Source: Octopus sinensis
Lineage: Eukaryota
NCBI RefSeq assembly: GCF_006345805.1
Contig: NC_043018.1
Coordinates: 3,410,001 to 3,474,000, forward strand
Reading direction: 5' to 3'
DNA length: 64,000 nucleotides
Below are positions 1 through 12,984 of the stretch, piece by piece; position 1 is the first letter of the stretch, and each line of letters begins with the position of its first letter. Position numbers and translations under genes: made by a program. The notes below the pieces were generated by a model that was not told the origin of the DNA, ran no database searches, and saw nothing but the letters and a program-made list of their open reading frames with translations.

Positions 1-410
1 TTACAGGTGCACTCTTTGTGGAAAATATAAAATTAGGGCAGCACTTTATGTGGAAAGATTAAAAGTGCAGATGTATTCTATGTGGAAAGTTTTAAAGTAC
101 TGGTACAATTTCCGTGGCCAGTCTTAAATCACCGATGGCGAAAGTTAAAATTACTGATGCACATCACACAGGAAATTAAGACTTGAGGGTGCACTTTCTG
201 CAAAGCTTAACATTACTGCTGCACTTTTTAGGTTAAATTTTACTATTGCACTTTGTGTGGAAAGTTAAGATTCCTATTGCACCTCACATGGAGAGTTTAA
301 TATCGCTGAAACACTTTGAATGGAAAGTTAAGGCATGGCAGTTGCACTTTGCATGGAAAGATAAAAATGATTGGTAGACTTTGTGAAGAAAGTGAAACAT
401 TAGCTGTTCA
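1..410. repeat. Degenerate minisatellite, unit about 30 bp
   Basis: Recurrent TGCACTTT.TGTGGAAAGTTAA-like motif roughly every 30 bp. Confidence 0.75.
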
Positions 411-429
411 ATTTTTATGGTAAGTTCAA

Positions 430-642
430 GGCGGCGAGCTGGCAGAAACGTTAGCCCGCCGGGTGTAATTCTTAGCGGCATTTCGTCTCTCTTTACGTTC
501 TGAGTTCAAATTCTGCCAAGGTCGACTTTGCCTTTAATTCTTTCGGGGTCGATAAATTAAGTACCAGTTGCATACTGGGGTCGATCTAATCGACTGGCCC
601 CCTTCCCAAAAGTTTCGGGCCTTGTACCTAGAGTAGAAAAGT
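430..642 (+). mobile_element. tRNA-derived SINE family A with 19-bp TSD
   Basis: Head GGCGGCGAGCTGGCAGAAACGTTAG, B-box GAGTTCAAAT; TSD ATTTTTATGGTAAGTTCAA at 411-429 and 643-661. Confidence 0.9.
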
Positions 643-879
643 ATTTTTATGGTAAGTTCAACCAGACCATGTTTTACAGAATGCTCTGCGTAAATGTCTC
701 CTTTTTTTTCAGGAAGAGCTTGGCGTATTGGTGAACAGTCAATGGCGTCGGAGAGCATGGATATTACAGTTGAACTTGAGAAAAAGTTAGCAGACATAGA
801 GGAGGGGAATCCATTTGAATATTCCGAAAGAGTTACCAATATCAACACTGTAAAAGAGTCATCAATAAGTGATTCGAGC

Positions 880-1570
880 TGAGTAGCAAAGTGCCGACAT
901 CATGACTGCTGCCAAATACTCTGTGAACAATGTTAAGGATGTAGACGTAACATGGACTTCATCAAAACCAGGTTCTCCCAAACTGTAATGCTATTTGGGC
1001 GGGTCTCCGGAGGGGAAAGGGAAGTCATGCCTCCCCACATCCATGAACAGGGCCCCAGCCTCAATGCAGACTGCTATGTGACGCTGCTGGGGATTCGTTC
1101 AAGCCGTGGATGGAGATGTTTGCTGCTAGAAGTCTTTATGTGTGGCAGCCAAATACGTCTCCTTTCAATACCTCTGGGAAGAGTCAGAAGTGGTTCTCCG
1201 ACTACACCAGCTCCAATTTCCGACCTCCTATTTTCCCTGATTATAATCTCATAGATTTGTATGTTCGGGGACAAGCTTGTGGAAGAATGCATCCGCTCTG
1301 CCAACAACACCAAAGTCGAGCTGGTGGCCAAGATCAAAGAAGTGTTTAAAGATTATTACAGGGACATAGTGAAGAAGACATACGTCTGGTATTAGAGCCG
1401 TATTGAAGCCTCGGTGGACGTTGAGGACCGCGAATTTGAATAAACTGTTAACTCCCAGTCATAATCTAGTTGATTTATTTAAAATTTTTTTTAATACTTT
1501 ACATTTTGGATGAGATCTTGTGTTCTCTTTCTTTTTATGCAAACTGTCACATTTAACCCAAACACTCTGC
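880..1570 (+). mobile_element. Decayed Tc1/mariner-superfamily transposase (maT-like)
   Basis: Frameshifted fragments VMPPHI..GPSLNADCYVTLL, YVWQPNTSPFNTS, RPPIFPDYNLIDLYV resemble YVWQQDSAP.H and WPP.SPDLNPLD motifs. Confidence 0.7.
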
Positions 1571-1719
1571 AATGTTTAAAACTTGGAGGGGGAAACTCAT
1601 TGTTTATCTTGTGTTATTCATCATTCGTGTTGATTAGAAAATATGAATAGCCTGTATTTTTTAGTTACGCAAACATTTCCATGATTTTTTTCTTCTTCTT
1701 CCTTCAATTTTGTTTCCAT

Positions 1720-2095
1720 TTCTTGCTGAGTGCCTTCCCGATATCTAGGGCAAAAGAACTCACTGCATACATTGATAGGCCATTACAAACACACGAGATT
1801 GTTCATATACAAAATCAAATAAAGTTATTTAGAAACAAATCATTTAAATGGTAATCGTTTCCGTGGCGTCAGTACACTTCTCAATATGTGTGACATACTG
1901 GTCAGAACGATGTTTCGCTCTTCTTACATGGATGGCAAAGCAGCGATCATTCTCAAATACTTTCCAGTTCTTTATTTGGTTTTTCCCGGTGCTACTACAA
2001 TTACTGGTATTGTAACCGCTACATTTTTATCAATTTCAATGAGGAAAATCATTATATTTTCTGAGCTTGTTAAATTCTTTTGCTGTAATATTTAT
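1720..2095 (-). mobile_element. 3' remnant of an RLE-type (R4/Dong-like) LINE
   Basis: Shares the 3' UTR TTTCTTGC.GAGTG.CTTCCCGA with 16760-17190; degenerate IPVIVVAPG-like segment. Confidence 0.55.
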
Positions 2096-4103
2096 TTTGT
2101 TTCTTTATTACCCACAAGGGGCGAAACATAGAGGGGACAAACAGGGATAGACACACGGATTAAATCGATTACATCGACCCCAGTGCGTAACTGGTACTTT
2201 AATTTATCGACCTCGAAAGGATGAAAGGCAAAGTCGCAATATTATGATTACAAGGGATACGCATGTCAACCATTAAACAGATTTTATCATTTTGGTCATT
2301 TGCGAAAATAGCCCTGTCTCCCTAAACATTACTGGCATTGAGCCTAAATTTGAAACAATTATTACTACTTCAATAAAACATCCGGTTAAACAAAAAATAT
2401 TCCTGCGCGAGAATTTTATCCAATAAGAAAAACGTAACTTTTTATTTTGAAAATGGCGACTAACAATTATTTTATGAAATAAAATATTATTAGCTTTTAT
2501 TCATAAGCGTGGGCAGGACTGCTAAATTGGGGCTGGCTTCGAGCTAAATGACGAAGATCCAAACAGTATCTAAAATTTCAGCTACCACCACTGACTGATC
2601 TGAATCCAATAATATCGGATATTTCTGAATGGTTTGTCAATTAGCAGCTATATATGGAAATTCTGAGAGTATTATTCTGCGCCAAAAATTATAGACTTCT
2701 AACAACATAAATTTATACCAAGTATCATTTACTATAGAAAAATATATGTAAAACTCATCGTTTTAAACTGATGGGAACACCGTGTGATCACAACTGATTC
2801 TGTGGAATTAATACATGAGGCGATTATAAAAAGAGTATGATCATGGTAGTGTATCTTAATAGCTACAAATAAATCAAAGATGAATAACTCCGGCCTGATT
2901 TAATTATATTGGGCAAAGGCGGATGTAAGTTATGATCAAATAAAATTGTGTATTTCTGGCGTATTTCTATTCCATCAGTCCATCAGTCCACCAAAAATTG
3001 ATCGAATTTATAACGAATATTAAATACGTTTGACTAAGCAGAAGGCCAAAATGTTTGTGAGAGACAGAGAGACAGAGAGAGACAGATGCATAGACAGACT
3101 GACGAACAGACAAGCAGAGAATATCATCACTTGTTTTGATAGTAACAAATCAGATGACATCGAAACATAGAAAAACCTACTTTCACTTCACGTTTAATGG
3201 TACATCCAGGAAAATGAAAAATTCATAAATAATTAAACCGAAGTGGAGAGGTTAGTTCTAAGAACTTCGTTAAAACCCAGCAAAGCTTTATTGAAGTCAT
3301 CAATATATTTGGCTATCGACATCGCTTACTTTGAATATTTAATGCCATAAACTCGTCCATTCTAAATAATTATTGAATGGATGAAAACGTCCATTAACTA
3401 CTTATACGTCTGGGGATTGACATCAAACGCCTACAGACATTGATGTGTCTCTTAGGCCGTCAGTTTTTTAAGGGTACAACTAAAGATCTCATCATTATAG
3501 ATAAGTGCTTTCCAAACCTTTTAAGGATGGCAACAAACACGATTTTCTGTTGTTTCACCAAAAATGACACGATGTGTTATTAATATAATGTCGCTAAATA
3601 ATTTCCTTTTAGCCATAATGATAATTGTTCACGCTTATTCGTGTGTGTTGTACGTCAATAAAATCTTACTCTCATCAGTTATCTAAAAAAGGCAAAGAAA
3701 GCAATGCTTCGCTGAAGAGGCTTGATAACCCCGAAACGTCTCCTGACTCATCATACCTATTTACTAAGCTCAGATTAATAATATAGCTAATATTTTCTTC
3801 ACTTCACCGTATAAGTATTACACGAGTACATTAATTACTTTAGAATTTTTAGACGAATTTTTAGAACGTTTTGGCAATGCATTGCAGCTTTTGGTTCTGA
3901 GTTCGAATACCGCGAACGTTATCTTCGATTTTTATTCTTCTGGGTTCGATAAAATAGAATACATGTAAACTACTAAGGGGTTAATATGATTGAAGTGACC
4001 CTTCCATCGACAAAACATTCAGAAAAAATATTAATTAATGGAGTATTTTAATCTCTACATTTAACATGATGGCCCTAATTTAATCCTAGGATATATATAT
4101 ATT

Positions 4104-4136
<33 letters not shown>

Positions 4137-4335
4137 GGAGAGAGAGAGAGAGGCAGACAGACAGAGATATATATATATATAGATAGATAGATAGATAGAT
4201 AGATATACATACGTACATACATAAATGCATACATGCATGCATACATACATACATACATACATACATGCATGCATACATACATACATACATACATACATAC
4301 ATACATACATACATACATACATACATACATACATA

Positions 4336-4497
4336 CGACGGGCTTTCAGTTTCCGTCTACCAAATCCACTCACAAGGCTTTGGTTGGCCCGAGGCTATAG
4401 CAGAAGATACTTGCCCTAGGTGCCACGCAGTGGGACTGAACTCGGAACCATGTAGTTCGTAAGCAAGCTACTTACCACACAGCCACTCCTACGCCTA
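4336..4497 (-). mobile_element. SINE family B, 5' half
   Basis: Reverse complement of GGCGTAGGAGTGGCTGTGTGGTAAG..GGATTTGGTAGACGGAAACTGAAAG, present more than 12 times in the window. Confidence 0.88.
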
Positions 4498-4649
4498 TGT
4501 GAAGGCGACCTCAAAAATCGCTATGCTAATCAGATATCTTCCTTCTGGCACAGGGGCAAAAGTTGAAGCCACCAAGTTGGCAAGTCACGTATGGGGTTTG
4601 AAGTCTACCGCTACACCATATGCAGTTTAATGGAAGATTGTTGAAAAGT

Positions 4650-5031
4650 GGTGGAGGCGCAATGGCCCAGTGGTTAGGGCAGCGAACTCGCGGTCATAGG
4701 ATCGCGGTTTCGATTCCCAGACCGGACGTTGTGAGTGTTTATTGAGCGAAAACACCTAAAAGCTCCACGAGGCTCCGGCAGGGGATGGTGGTGATCCCTG
4801 CTGTACTCTTTCACCACAACTTTCTCTTACTTCCTGTTTCTGTTGTACCTGTATTTCAAGGGGCCGGCCTTGTCACTCTCTGTGTCACGCTGAATATCCC
4901 CGAGAACTACGTTAAGGGTACACGTGTCTGTGGAATGCTCAGCCACTTACACGTTAATTTCACGAGCAGGCTGTTCCGTTGATTCGGATCAACCGGAACC
5001 CTCATCGTCGTAACCGACGGAGTGCTTCCAA
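4650..5031 (+). mobile_element. Full-length tRNA-derived SINE family C with 11-bp TSD
   Basis: A-box TGGCCCAGTGG, B-box GGTTTCGATTCC; TSD TGTTGAAAAGT at 4639-4649 and 5032-5042. Confidence 0.9.
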
Positions 5032-5426
5032 TGTTGAAAAGTCCACACCATTTGTCAACGGATCAAAAAGCTGTGAGCTATGCGTCGCGGAAAGAACACA
5101 AATCTTTTTCAGATCAAAGAACTCCACCTCACAGCTTAATTCTGAATCTGATTTTCAGGAGGTAAACATATGCATAATTCCTGTTGGCAAATTGCAAAAT
5201 ACCACACTCTCTGGGTTGAGCAGCTGCACCACAGACTCTAGGCCCCTTTCCATTCATCCTTATGACTGAATGATCAAAGGAGACATAATTATAAATCTCC
5301 ATTTTTGCTTCTTTCTTTTTTATTATTTTATTTTTCGTTTTCCGGCATTTTCAGCCTTCCACTTTTTACATCGACTTCTTTCTCGCATTTTATTGCTTTT
5401 CTCTGTCATTTTATGTCACGTGGGCA

Positions 5427-5496
5427 GAGCCTGAGGATTTCACGAATGTTATAAAATGCTGAGTTGTTTTCCATCGCATGAAACTATTGGTCGCTC
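5427..5496 (+). ncRNA. Type I hammerhead ribozyme motif, intact core
   Basis: GAGC-CTGAGGA-[stem II with long loop]-GAAA-CTATTG-GTC-GCTC; stem I GAGC/GCTC. Confidence 0.7.
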
Positions 5497-5689
5497 ATAA
5501 AAGTATATACTGTGCTTATCAAATAATATCTCACCAGATGGAGTCCTACTTTTGTTGAGCTTACCATCACGGAACAGTGCGCTATATAGGTGTGTGTGGG
5601 TTGTGGGGGTGCGTAAGCTAGCTGATTACCCCTCGTTTAGGTAATTACGACTTCCGAGGCTCTGCTAGCTATGAAATGAAATTAAACAC

Positions 5690-5730
<41 letters not shown>

Positions 5731-5743
5731 TGTGTGTGTGTGT

Positions 5744-5802
<59 letters not shown>

Positions 5803-5891
5803 TGTATGTTTTGTTGTGTGTTTATTACGTATTTTTGATATATATATATATATATATATATATTAGATCTGTTTTTACGTTTGTTAAATAT

Positions 5892-5938
<47 letters not shown>

Positions 5939-6150
5939 ATTTAAAAATTAAAGCTGACCCCCATAAAAACAGAAATAATCAGTGACAGGCAGAGTCTGTA
6001 ACAATGTATATCTTCTTGATAACTTAGTAACTTCTCTGATGGAGTGGAGACAGTATGTTCTTTGTCTATCTCCTTAACTTCTTGGAGATTTTAGGTATAA
6101 TTAAACTAATGTGTCCATCTGTTCTAATTTAATTAAATTTTATGTCTTCG

Positions 6151-6237
6151 TGCAACTGAAGATTGCTCTGCATTTCAAATTGATATAATGATTGCATTGT
6201 TAAATTAAATGGAGTTGCATGAAACGATCGTACTGCA
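6151..6237 (+). ncRNA. Type I hammerhead ribozyme motif, intact core
   Basis: TGCAA-CTGAAGA-TTGC..GCAT-GAAA-CGATC-GTA-CTGCA; palindromic stem III ACGATCGT; inside a 330-bp element between (TA)n tracts. Confidence 0.75.
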
Positions 6238-6273
6238 TTACCTCTGGATATCCTTGTTGCTTATTTTGATATA

Positions 6274-6327
<54 letters not shown>

Positions 6328-6334
6328 TATGAGA

Positions 6335-6365
<31 letters not shown>

Positions 6366-6676
6366 TGTATGTATGTATGTATGTATGTGTGTGTGTGTAT
6401 GTGTGCGTGCGTACAGGTGCAGTTATTGATGTACGGTTAAGAAGTTCACTTGGCAGTTATGCGGTTTCGGTTCAGGTCTCATTGTTCAGGGCCTCACGCT
6501 TCGGTACTTCCAGAGTCACGGTCTAAAGGCTCCGAGCTACCTTTTGGTAATCTAAAATCGATTTCTAATTTGCCCAGTGCACCATTCGCATTAGACCCTT
6601 TCTGATTTCGTTTAAAAGGATGAATACTAACGCTTACGCTGTGATTTGCACACGTTTCCCAAACGTGTACACACAC

Positions 6677-6722
<46 letters not shown>

Positions 6723-7003
6723 ACACAAGTAAGTCGTATATATCTCATCTCACGACAGAAACCTCTCGTATTTTCTGACCGTATTTATGTATTCTTCTTG
6801 CAATTAAATTATGTCACAGAAAAAAATATAGGTCAGATTTCAAATTCTCCCCTAGGTATATATGTATATATATTTATATATACATACATGTGTGGAGTAG
6901 GTGTGCGCTCGCATGTGCATATCTATGTACGAATGTGCGTATGTATGTATATATGTGTATGTACGTGTGTGTGGGCGCACGTGTGTGCATGCCTGTATAT
7001 ACG

Positions 7004-7068
<65 letters not shown>

Positions 7069-7243
7069 TAAATATTAGGGAATAAATCCAAATTTACAGG
7101 GAAAAAAATCAGATTTAGGATTAAATCCAATTTTATAGTAAAATATTATAAAATATTATTAGAGACAAAACCACTATTTTGCAAAACAAACAAGGAAAGA
7201 CTTAATCAATACATAAAATTTTAATAAATAGTCAAAAAAACCG

Positions 7244-7286
7244 CCACTACAATCGTTTCTTGTCTTGATCGACAATCTTCAGGTTG
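7244..7286 (-). ncRNA. Minimal type I hammerhead ribozyme, inverted copy
   Basis: Reverse complement of 7347-7389 with one stem I mismatch (CAAC). Confidence 0.8.
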
Positions 7287-7346
7287 ACTTCCAATAAGTC
7301 AGTTTCAAATTATGAAGTCATAATTTGAAACTGACTTATTGGAAGT

Positions 7347-7389
7347 CCACCTGAAGATTGTCGATCAAGACAAGAAACGATTGTAGTGG
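7347..7389 (+). ncRNA. Minimal type I hammerhead ribozyme
   Basis: CCAC-CTGAAGA-TTGTC gatcaa GACAA-GAAA-CGATT-GTA-GTGG. Confidence 0.85.
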
Positions 7390-7592
7390 CGGTTTTTTTG
7401 ACTATTTATTAATATTTTATGTATTGATTAAGTCTTTCCTTGTTTGTTTTGCAAAATAGTGGTTTTGTCTCTAATAATATTTTATATATATATATATATA
7501 TATATAATATACATACATACATACATACATACATACATACATACATACATACATACATACATACATACATACATACATACGTACATACACGT

Positions 7593-7822
7593 AGGCGGCG
7601 AGGTGGCAAACACGTTAGTGCGCCGGGCGAAATGCTTAGCGATATTTCGTCTGCCGCTACGTTCTGATTTCAAATTCCGCCGAGGTCAACTTTGCCTTTC
7701 ATCCTTTCAGGGTCGATAAATAAAGTACCAGTTCGCACCGCGGTCGCTGTAATCGACTTAATCCCATTGTCTGTCCTTGTTTGTCCCCTCTATGTTTAGT
7801 CCCTTGTGGGTAGTAAAGAAAT
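7593..7822 (+). mobile_element. SINE family A
   Basis: GGCGGCGAG head, tail CCCTTGTGGGTAGTAAAGAAATA. Confidence 0.88.
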
Positions 7823-8396
7823 ATATATATATATATACATACACGTATGTATGTATGTGTGTATGTATGTATGTGTGTGTGTGTATGATATATATATATA
7901 TATATTATATCTATATTGCATATATGTATGTCTGTCTGTGTGTGTGTATTCATGTAAATGTGTGAGCGTGCGTTTGTGTTTGTCCCCCACCACCCTCGAC
8001 AACTGACGTTGGTGTATACACATCGTTGTAACTAAACATTTTGGAGAAACAAAACAAAAGATGTATCACACTTTAAAAATAGGTAGAGAGACTCATTTCT
8101 TCTCCAAGTCTTTGGCGCACCATCGCCTCAGTCTGAAATAATGAGGCAGACACGTTAGCACGCCAGGTGTTTATGCTTAGCCGTATTTCGTCTGCCGCTA
8201 CGTTCTGAGTTCGAATTCCGCCGAGGTCGACTTTGCTTTTCATCCTTTCGGGATCGATGAATTGAGTACCAGTTACGCACTGAAGTCGATCTTATCGACT
8301 GGCCCCCTCCCCACAAATGTGAGGCCTTGTGTCCAGAGTAGAAAAGAAAGAGGTGTCTATATGTACTACATGCGTAATATATACATGTACTTTACC

Positions 8397-8427
<31 letters not shown>

Positions 8428-8428
8428 A

Positions 8429-8489
<61 letters not shown>

Positions 8490-8969
8490 AGACCACATCA
8501 ATACTTGTGTACAGTAGTGAAGAAATTACCAAAGTTTACCTCAATTTACAGAACATATCAGATTGGCGGTTCGATAGAAGTCGGTCGGCAAAAAGAGAAT
8601 GAGCTGAGATGATCAACTCATGAATCAGCATGATTAGTCAAACCCTTCGAAGCACTGCTCCAGCATGGCCATAGGTGAATGACTGATGTCGGTAAAAGAA
8701 GGTAAGAATACAGAGAGAAAAAGAGTGAAGTAGAAAGATTAAAAGAGAACACATCGTGAACATTCAAGTTTACTATCAAGGGAAGTAACTCTCAATTTAT
8801 GCTACGAGAGTTATTTCCCTTGACATTAAATATTTATTTTTTTGTTGCTGTGTTGTTCTTTCATACTTACGGGTTTTATAATATAATTGTTATCACCCAT
8901 TTGTTGCTTGGATGCATTTCTTTGATATGTAACAATGTTCTAGTACCAAAACTATATTTTAGTAGACTC

Positions 8970-9480
8970 CCAAACGATAAAAGGCAAATTTGACCTAAGC
9001 GGAATTTGAAGTCAGAACGTAACGGCAAAAGAAATACCTATTTCTTTACTGCCCACAAGGGGCTACACACAGAGGGGACAAACAAGAAAAGACAAACGGA
9101 TTAGGTTGATTACATCGACCCCAGTGCGTAACTGGTACTTAATTTATCGATCCCCGAAAGAAGGAAAGGCAAAGTTGACCTCGGCGGTATTTGAACTCAG
9201 AACATAAAGACAGAAGAAAAACCGCTAAGTAATTTGCCCGACGTGCTAATGTTTCTGCCAGCTCGCCGCCTTCGGCAGACGAGATGCCTATTTCTTTACT
9301 ACCGACAGGGAGGACACAGGGTGGAAAAACAAGGACAGACAAACGGATTAAGACGATTATATCGACCCTAGCGCATAACTGGTACTTATTTAATCGACCT
9401 CCGAAAGGATGAAAGGCAAAGTCGAAATTCGGCTAGGCATTTCGCCCGGCGTGCTAACCTTTCTGCCAGCTCGCCGCCTC
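8970..9480 (-). mobile_element. Tandem or nested SINE family A cluster
   Basis: Three partial or full units in the same orientation; junction motif GAAATACCTATTTC at 9031-9044 and a variant at 9281-9294. Confidence 0.85.
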
Positions 9481-9711
9481 CACCTTTGCATATTTTAACA
9501 TATTAACAAGTGCGAAGGCTGGCAGAATTAGTACCGTACCGGAAAAATGCTTATCAAATTTTCTTCCGGTCCTTTATACTCTCAGTCCAAGTGACGCTGA
9601 GATTGATTTTACCTTTCATCATTTCCAGATCGATAAAATAAATATCAGTTGAGCATGGGTCAATATTATTCATATCCACTTCTTGCTGGACTTGTGCCAA
9701 AATTAGAATGC

Positions 9712-10124
9712 ATGGTGGAATTCTAGTTTAAGCATCCCAAATAAACCCTCATCAGTTTATTTATTTTGGGGAATTTTCAGAAACTTTTTGCGAATGTCTT
9801 CTACACACGAATACCATACGATTATGGAAAAACAATTTGTGCGTAATTTAAGTGCAATTTAGCTGTTATTTCTCATGACCATCTGATGCATCCAAGCGTG
9901 GTCCATTACTGGATTTAAACAAGAAATTCCATCACGGTCTGTATTCGAAGAAGAGTGGAACTTTTAGGATTTATGGTGGGTGGAGGGTAAAGATTAACAT
10001 TTTTTAATCATAACCGTATGAACTCACGCGTGTAGAATCAAATTCACAAAAAGTTTCTGAAATTCCCAAACATAAAAAAAATTATGAGGGTTATAATGGG
10101 GTTCTTAAACAAGAATTCCGCCAT
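9712..10124. mobile_element. MITE with about 125-bp imperfect terminal inverted repeats
   Basis: ATGGTGGAATTCT.GTTTAAG..CAGAAACTTTTTG.GAAT versus ATTCACAAAAAGTTTCTG..CTTAAACAAGAATTCCGCCAT. Confidence 0.75.
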
Positions 10125-10479
10125 AAGAATATATTAACAGGCGAGCTATTCCTATCTAGAACCCCTTTGCTCACAGGTCAACTTCATGAACACTTGCCTA
10201 TCGTGAAACAACTACAACGACAACAGTTACAGCAATAAAAATAACTTGACCATTCCTTACTACCAACACCGAATCTCACAATATTTCTTGATTATTTTCT
10301 GAATGAACGGACAATAAAATACCATTACGAATAGCGCCAGCTAAAAATAACTGATTGATCCTAATCCCTTGGCAAAGAGATTAGCTACAGGAATCCTTAT
10401 TTCTTTCATTGATAGTTCTGTAAGTAATATTCTGTCGAAGAAAGATTCTACATTAGCTACCGGTGTTGTGTCTATAGTC

Positions 10480-10820
10480 AAACTCTCTACATAAGGTAAA
10501 GCTTTGAAACTGACCTACCTCACTCCACCAAATTTACCACCAGCTAAATCCAAAAGCACCATTGGCCACTTCAAAACAACAAAGCCGCTGGTTCTGACAA
10601 CTCTTCTTTCCATCAGTCTCGATTTATGGATTTCGGTGATAGCATTGTCCTCACCAAATTCTTCAGACTCTCTCTTTTAAAGGATATAATCCAAACTAAA
10701 GAAACGCAGCATTCCCAAGAAGACTGAGCCCTCTGATTACTGCAAACTCTTCCAATATCTCAGAGTTGATGGAAACAGCCATTAGCATTACCCTTCTCCA
10801 ACATCTTGGATTACTTCTCT
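10480..10820 (+). mobile_element. Old CR1/Jockey-like LINE RT remnant
   Basis: Degenerate KAAGSD and PSDY (YRPISL-like) motifs only. Confidence 0.35.
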
Positions 10821-10865
10821 CTCTCCTTTTCTTTTTCTCTTTTTCCCTCCCTCTCTTTCTGTCTG

Positions 10866-10936
<71 letters not shown>

Positions 10937-11834
10937 GTTTATCTATCTGTCTTTCTCCCTATCTACCTGTCTATCCAGCCATCTATCTGTCTATCTGCCT
11001 ATCTACCTGTCTATCTATCCACCTATCTGGCTATCTCCATAGTTTCTTACTCATACTTCCTCCTAAATAACAACGACCGACATATCGTCACTGCAAAGAA
11101 CCCCAAACTCCGTCCTTCCACCCAAACGACAGAGCTCCAACAGTTACATAATCTCAACAAATCATAGGTGAGGCCTACAAAAGACTACAGCGCCCACATC
11201 TACTACTATGTGACTGTCATACACAGAGAAAGAGCTGTGAGTCTTTAAGCCAAAGAAAGTGTATGTCATTTATTGACATAATGTCCCACGCAAGCACCCT
11301 ATCCTGGAACTCACAGACTCTCTCATCTCTCCTCTTTCCCCTCAGCGATAACCACAGAAAGCTGATCCAGGGCAAAAAATGGAGGAGATTCAAGGCATAG
11401 TTTCAAAGACCAACTGAAACGCCAGCTGACTTGAGCTGGGATATACCCCACAGCAGGGCCTGATTAAGACCTATAGAGGCCCTAAACACCTAAAAGTGTA
11501 TGGGGCCTCCATATATATGTAATTCAGAATATGAACAATAATAAACCATTAAAAATTGTTTAAATTTTAAAACAAAACTAAACAGCAAGATGGAAAATAA
11601 TGTTTATTTTTGTATATTTTACTTTATTTATGTTTGAAAAGTTTTCTCCTTTGTTTTTTAACTGCAAAGTCTTCCTGAACACCTACAGCAGGAGGCGCCC
11701 ATCGTTGCCATGTCTGTGCAAATATGTGTTGGTCCCTCGTGGACAGAAAGCCACATCCGCTGCCCGTCGTTCAAAGAACAATTAAGCAATGGCATTGTTT
11801 GAAATTAAGTTTGCAGCCATTACATATATAAGTA

Positions 11835-12007
11835 CAGGCGCGGGAGTGGCTGTGTGGTAAGTAGCTTGTCTACCAACCACATGGTTCCGGGTTCAGTCCC
11901 ACTGCGTGGCACCTTGGGCAAGTGTCTCCTACTATAGCCTCGGGCCGACCAAGGCCTTGTGAGTGGATTTGGTAGACGGAAACTGAAAGAAGCCTGTCGT
12001 ATATATG

Positions 12008-12072
<65 letters not shown>

Positions 12073-12295
12073 GTGTGTGTGCTTGTGTGTCTGTGTTTGT
12101 CCCCTAGCATTGCTTGACAACCGATGCTGGTGTGTTTATGTCCCCGTTACTTAGCGGTTCGGCAAAAAGTAACCGATAGAATAAGTACTGGGCTTACAAA
12201 AGAATAAGTCCCGGAGTCGAGTTGCTCGATTAAAGGCGGTGCTCCAGCATGGCCGCAGTCAAATGACTGAAACAAGTAAAAGAGTAAAAGAGAGT
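11835..12295 (+). mobile_element. Full-length SINE family B with internal (TA)n/(TG)n
   Basis: tRNA-like head, CCTTGGGCAAGT CORE-like block, internal microsatellite, tail GTAAAAGAGTAAAAGAG. Confidence 0.9.
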
Positions 12296-12299
12296 ACAA

Positions 12300-12352
12300 G
12301 GTACAAGCGGCAGGTACTAGCGGCAGGTACTAGCGGCAGGTACTAGCGGCAA
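12300..12352. repeat. 13-bp tandem repeat GGTACTAGCGGCA, about 4 copies
   Basis: Read directly at the SINE B tail. Confidence 0.85.
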
Positions 12353-12659
12353 GTGGCAAACTGTACCCAATGCGGGTGGATGAGAGTGGTTTATGCTTAT
12401 TGCTGTTCGCATCGCACATCGAGTTATTCAAATTTCACGTCTCCGATCATCTGACCGCAGTGTGTGTGTGTGTGTGTGTGTATCATTGATACTAGCAAAG
12501 CAAATTCCGGTATAGGCGCAGGCGTAGCTGTGTGGTAAGAAGTTTGCATCTCAACCACATGGTTCCGGGTTCAGTCCCACCTCGTAGAACTTTGGTAATG
12601 TGTCTTCTACTATAGAACCGGGCGAACTAAAGCCTTTTGAGTGGATTTTGCAGAACCTC

Positions 12660-12692
<33 letters not shown>

Positions 12693-12871
12693 ATATATAT
12701 ATATATATTAGAGGGAAACCACTATGTGGACACCCTTATGCCAGTGGTTTCCCTCTAATATGTATATAATACAATTTTACTGAACCTTCAGTCTTTTTTA
12801 TATGCTAGACCACTGGTGTAAGATCGATGTTAATTAAATTAATATCTAATTCCTCACCCTCATTTTAAATT

Positions 12872-12984
<113 letters not shown>

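Larger units (their letters stand above)
4498..5690 (+). mobile_element. Penelope-like element 3' remnant (GIY-YIG C-terminus plus HHR-bearing tail), interrupted by a SINE
   Basis: EGDLKNRYANQISSF..TKLASHVWGLK..WKIVEK resumes after the SINE as STPFVNGSKSCELCVAERTQI; HHR at 5427-5496. Confidence 0.7.
7064..7486. mobile_element. Foldback PLE-type insertion in (TA)n, about 170-bp near-perfect inverted repeat with two divergent HHRs
   Basis: Arms about 7147-7315 and 7318-7486, 2-nt spacer, about 2 mismatches; (TA)n on both sides. Confidence 0.85.

Noticed and set aside
1-410. CRISPR-like periodicity
   Set aside because: Degenerate tandem unit without unique spacers, no cas genes, eukaryotic context.
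2540-2585. TGACGA-AGAT..ATCT-AAAA hammerhead-like string
   Set aside because: Several core mismatches; could be chance in AT-rich DNA.
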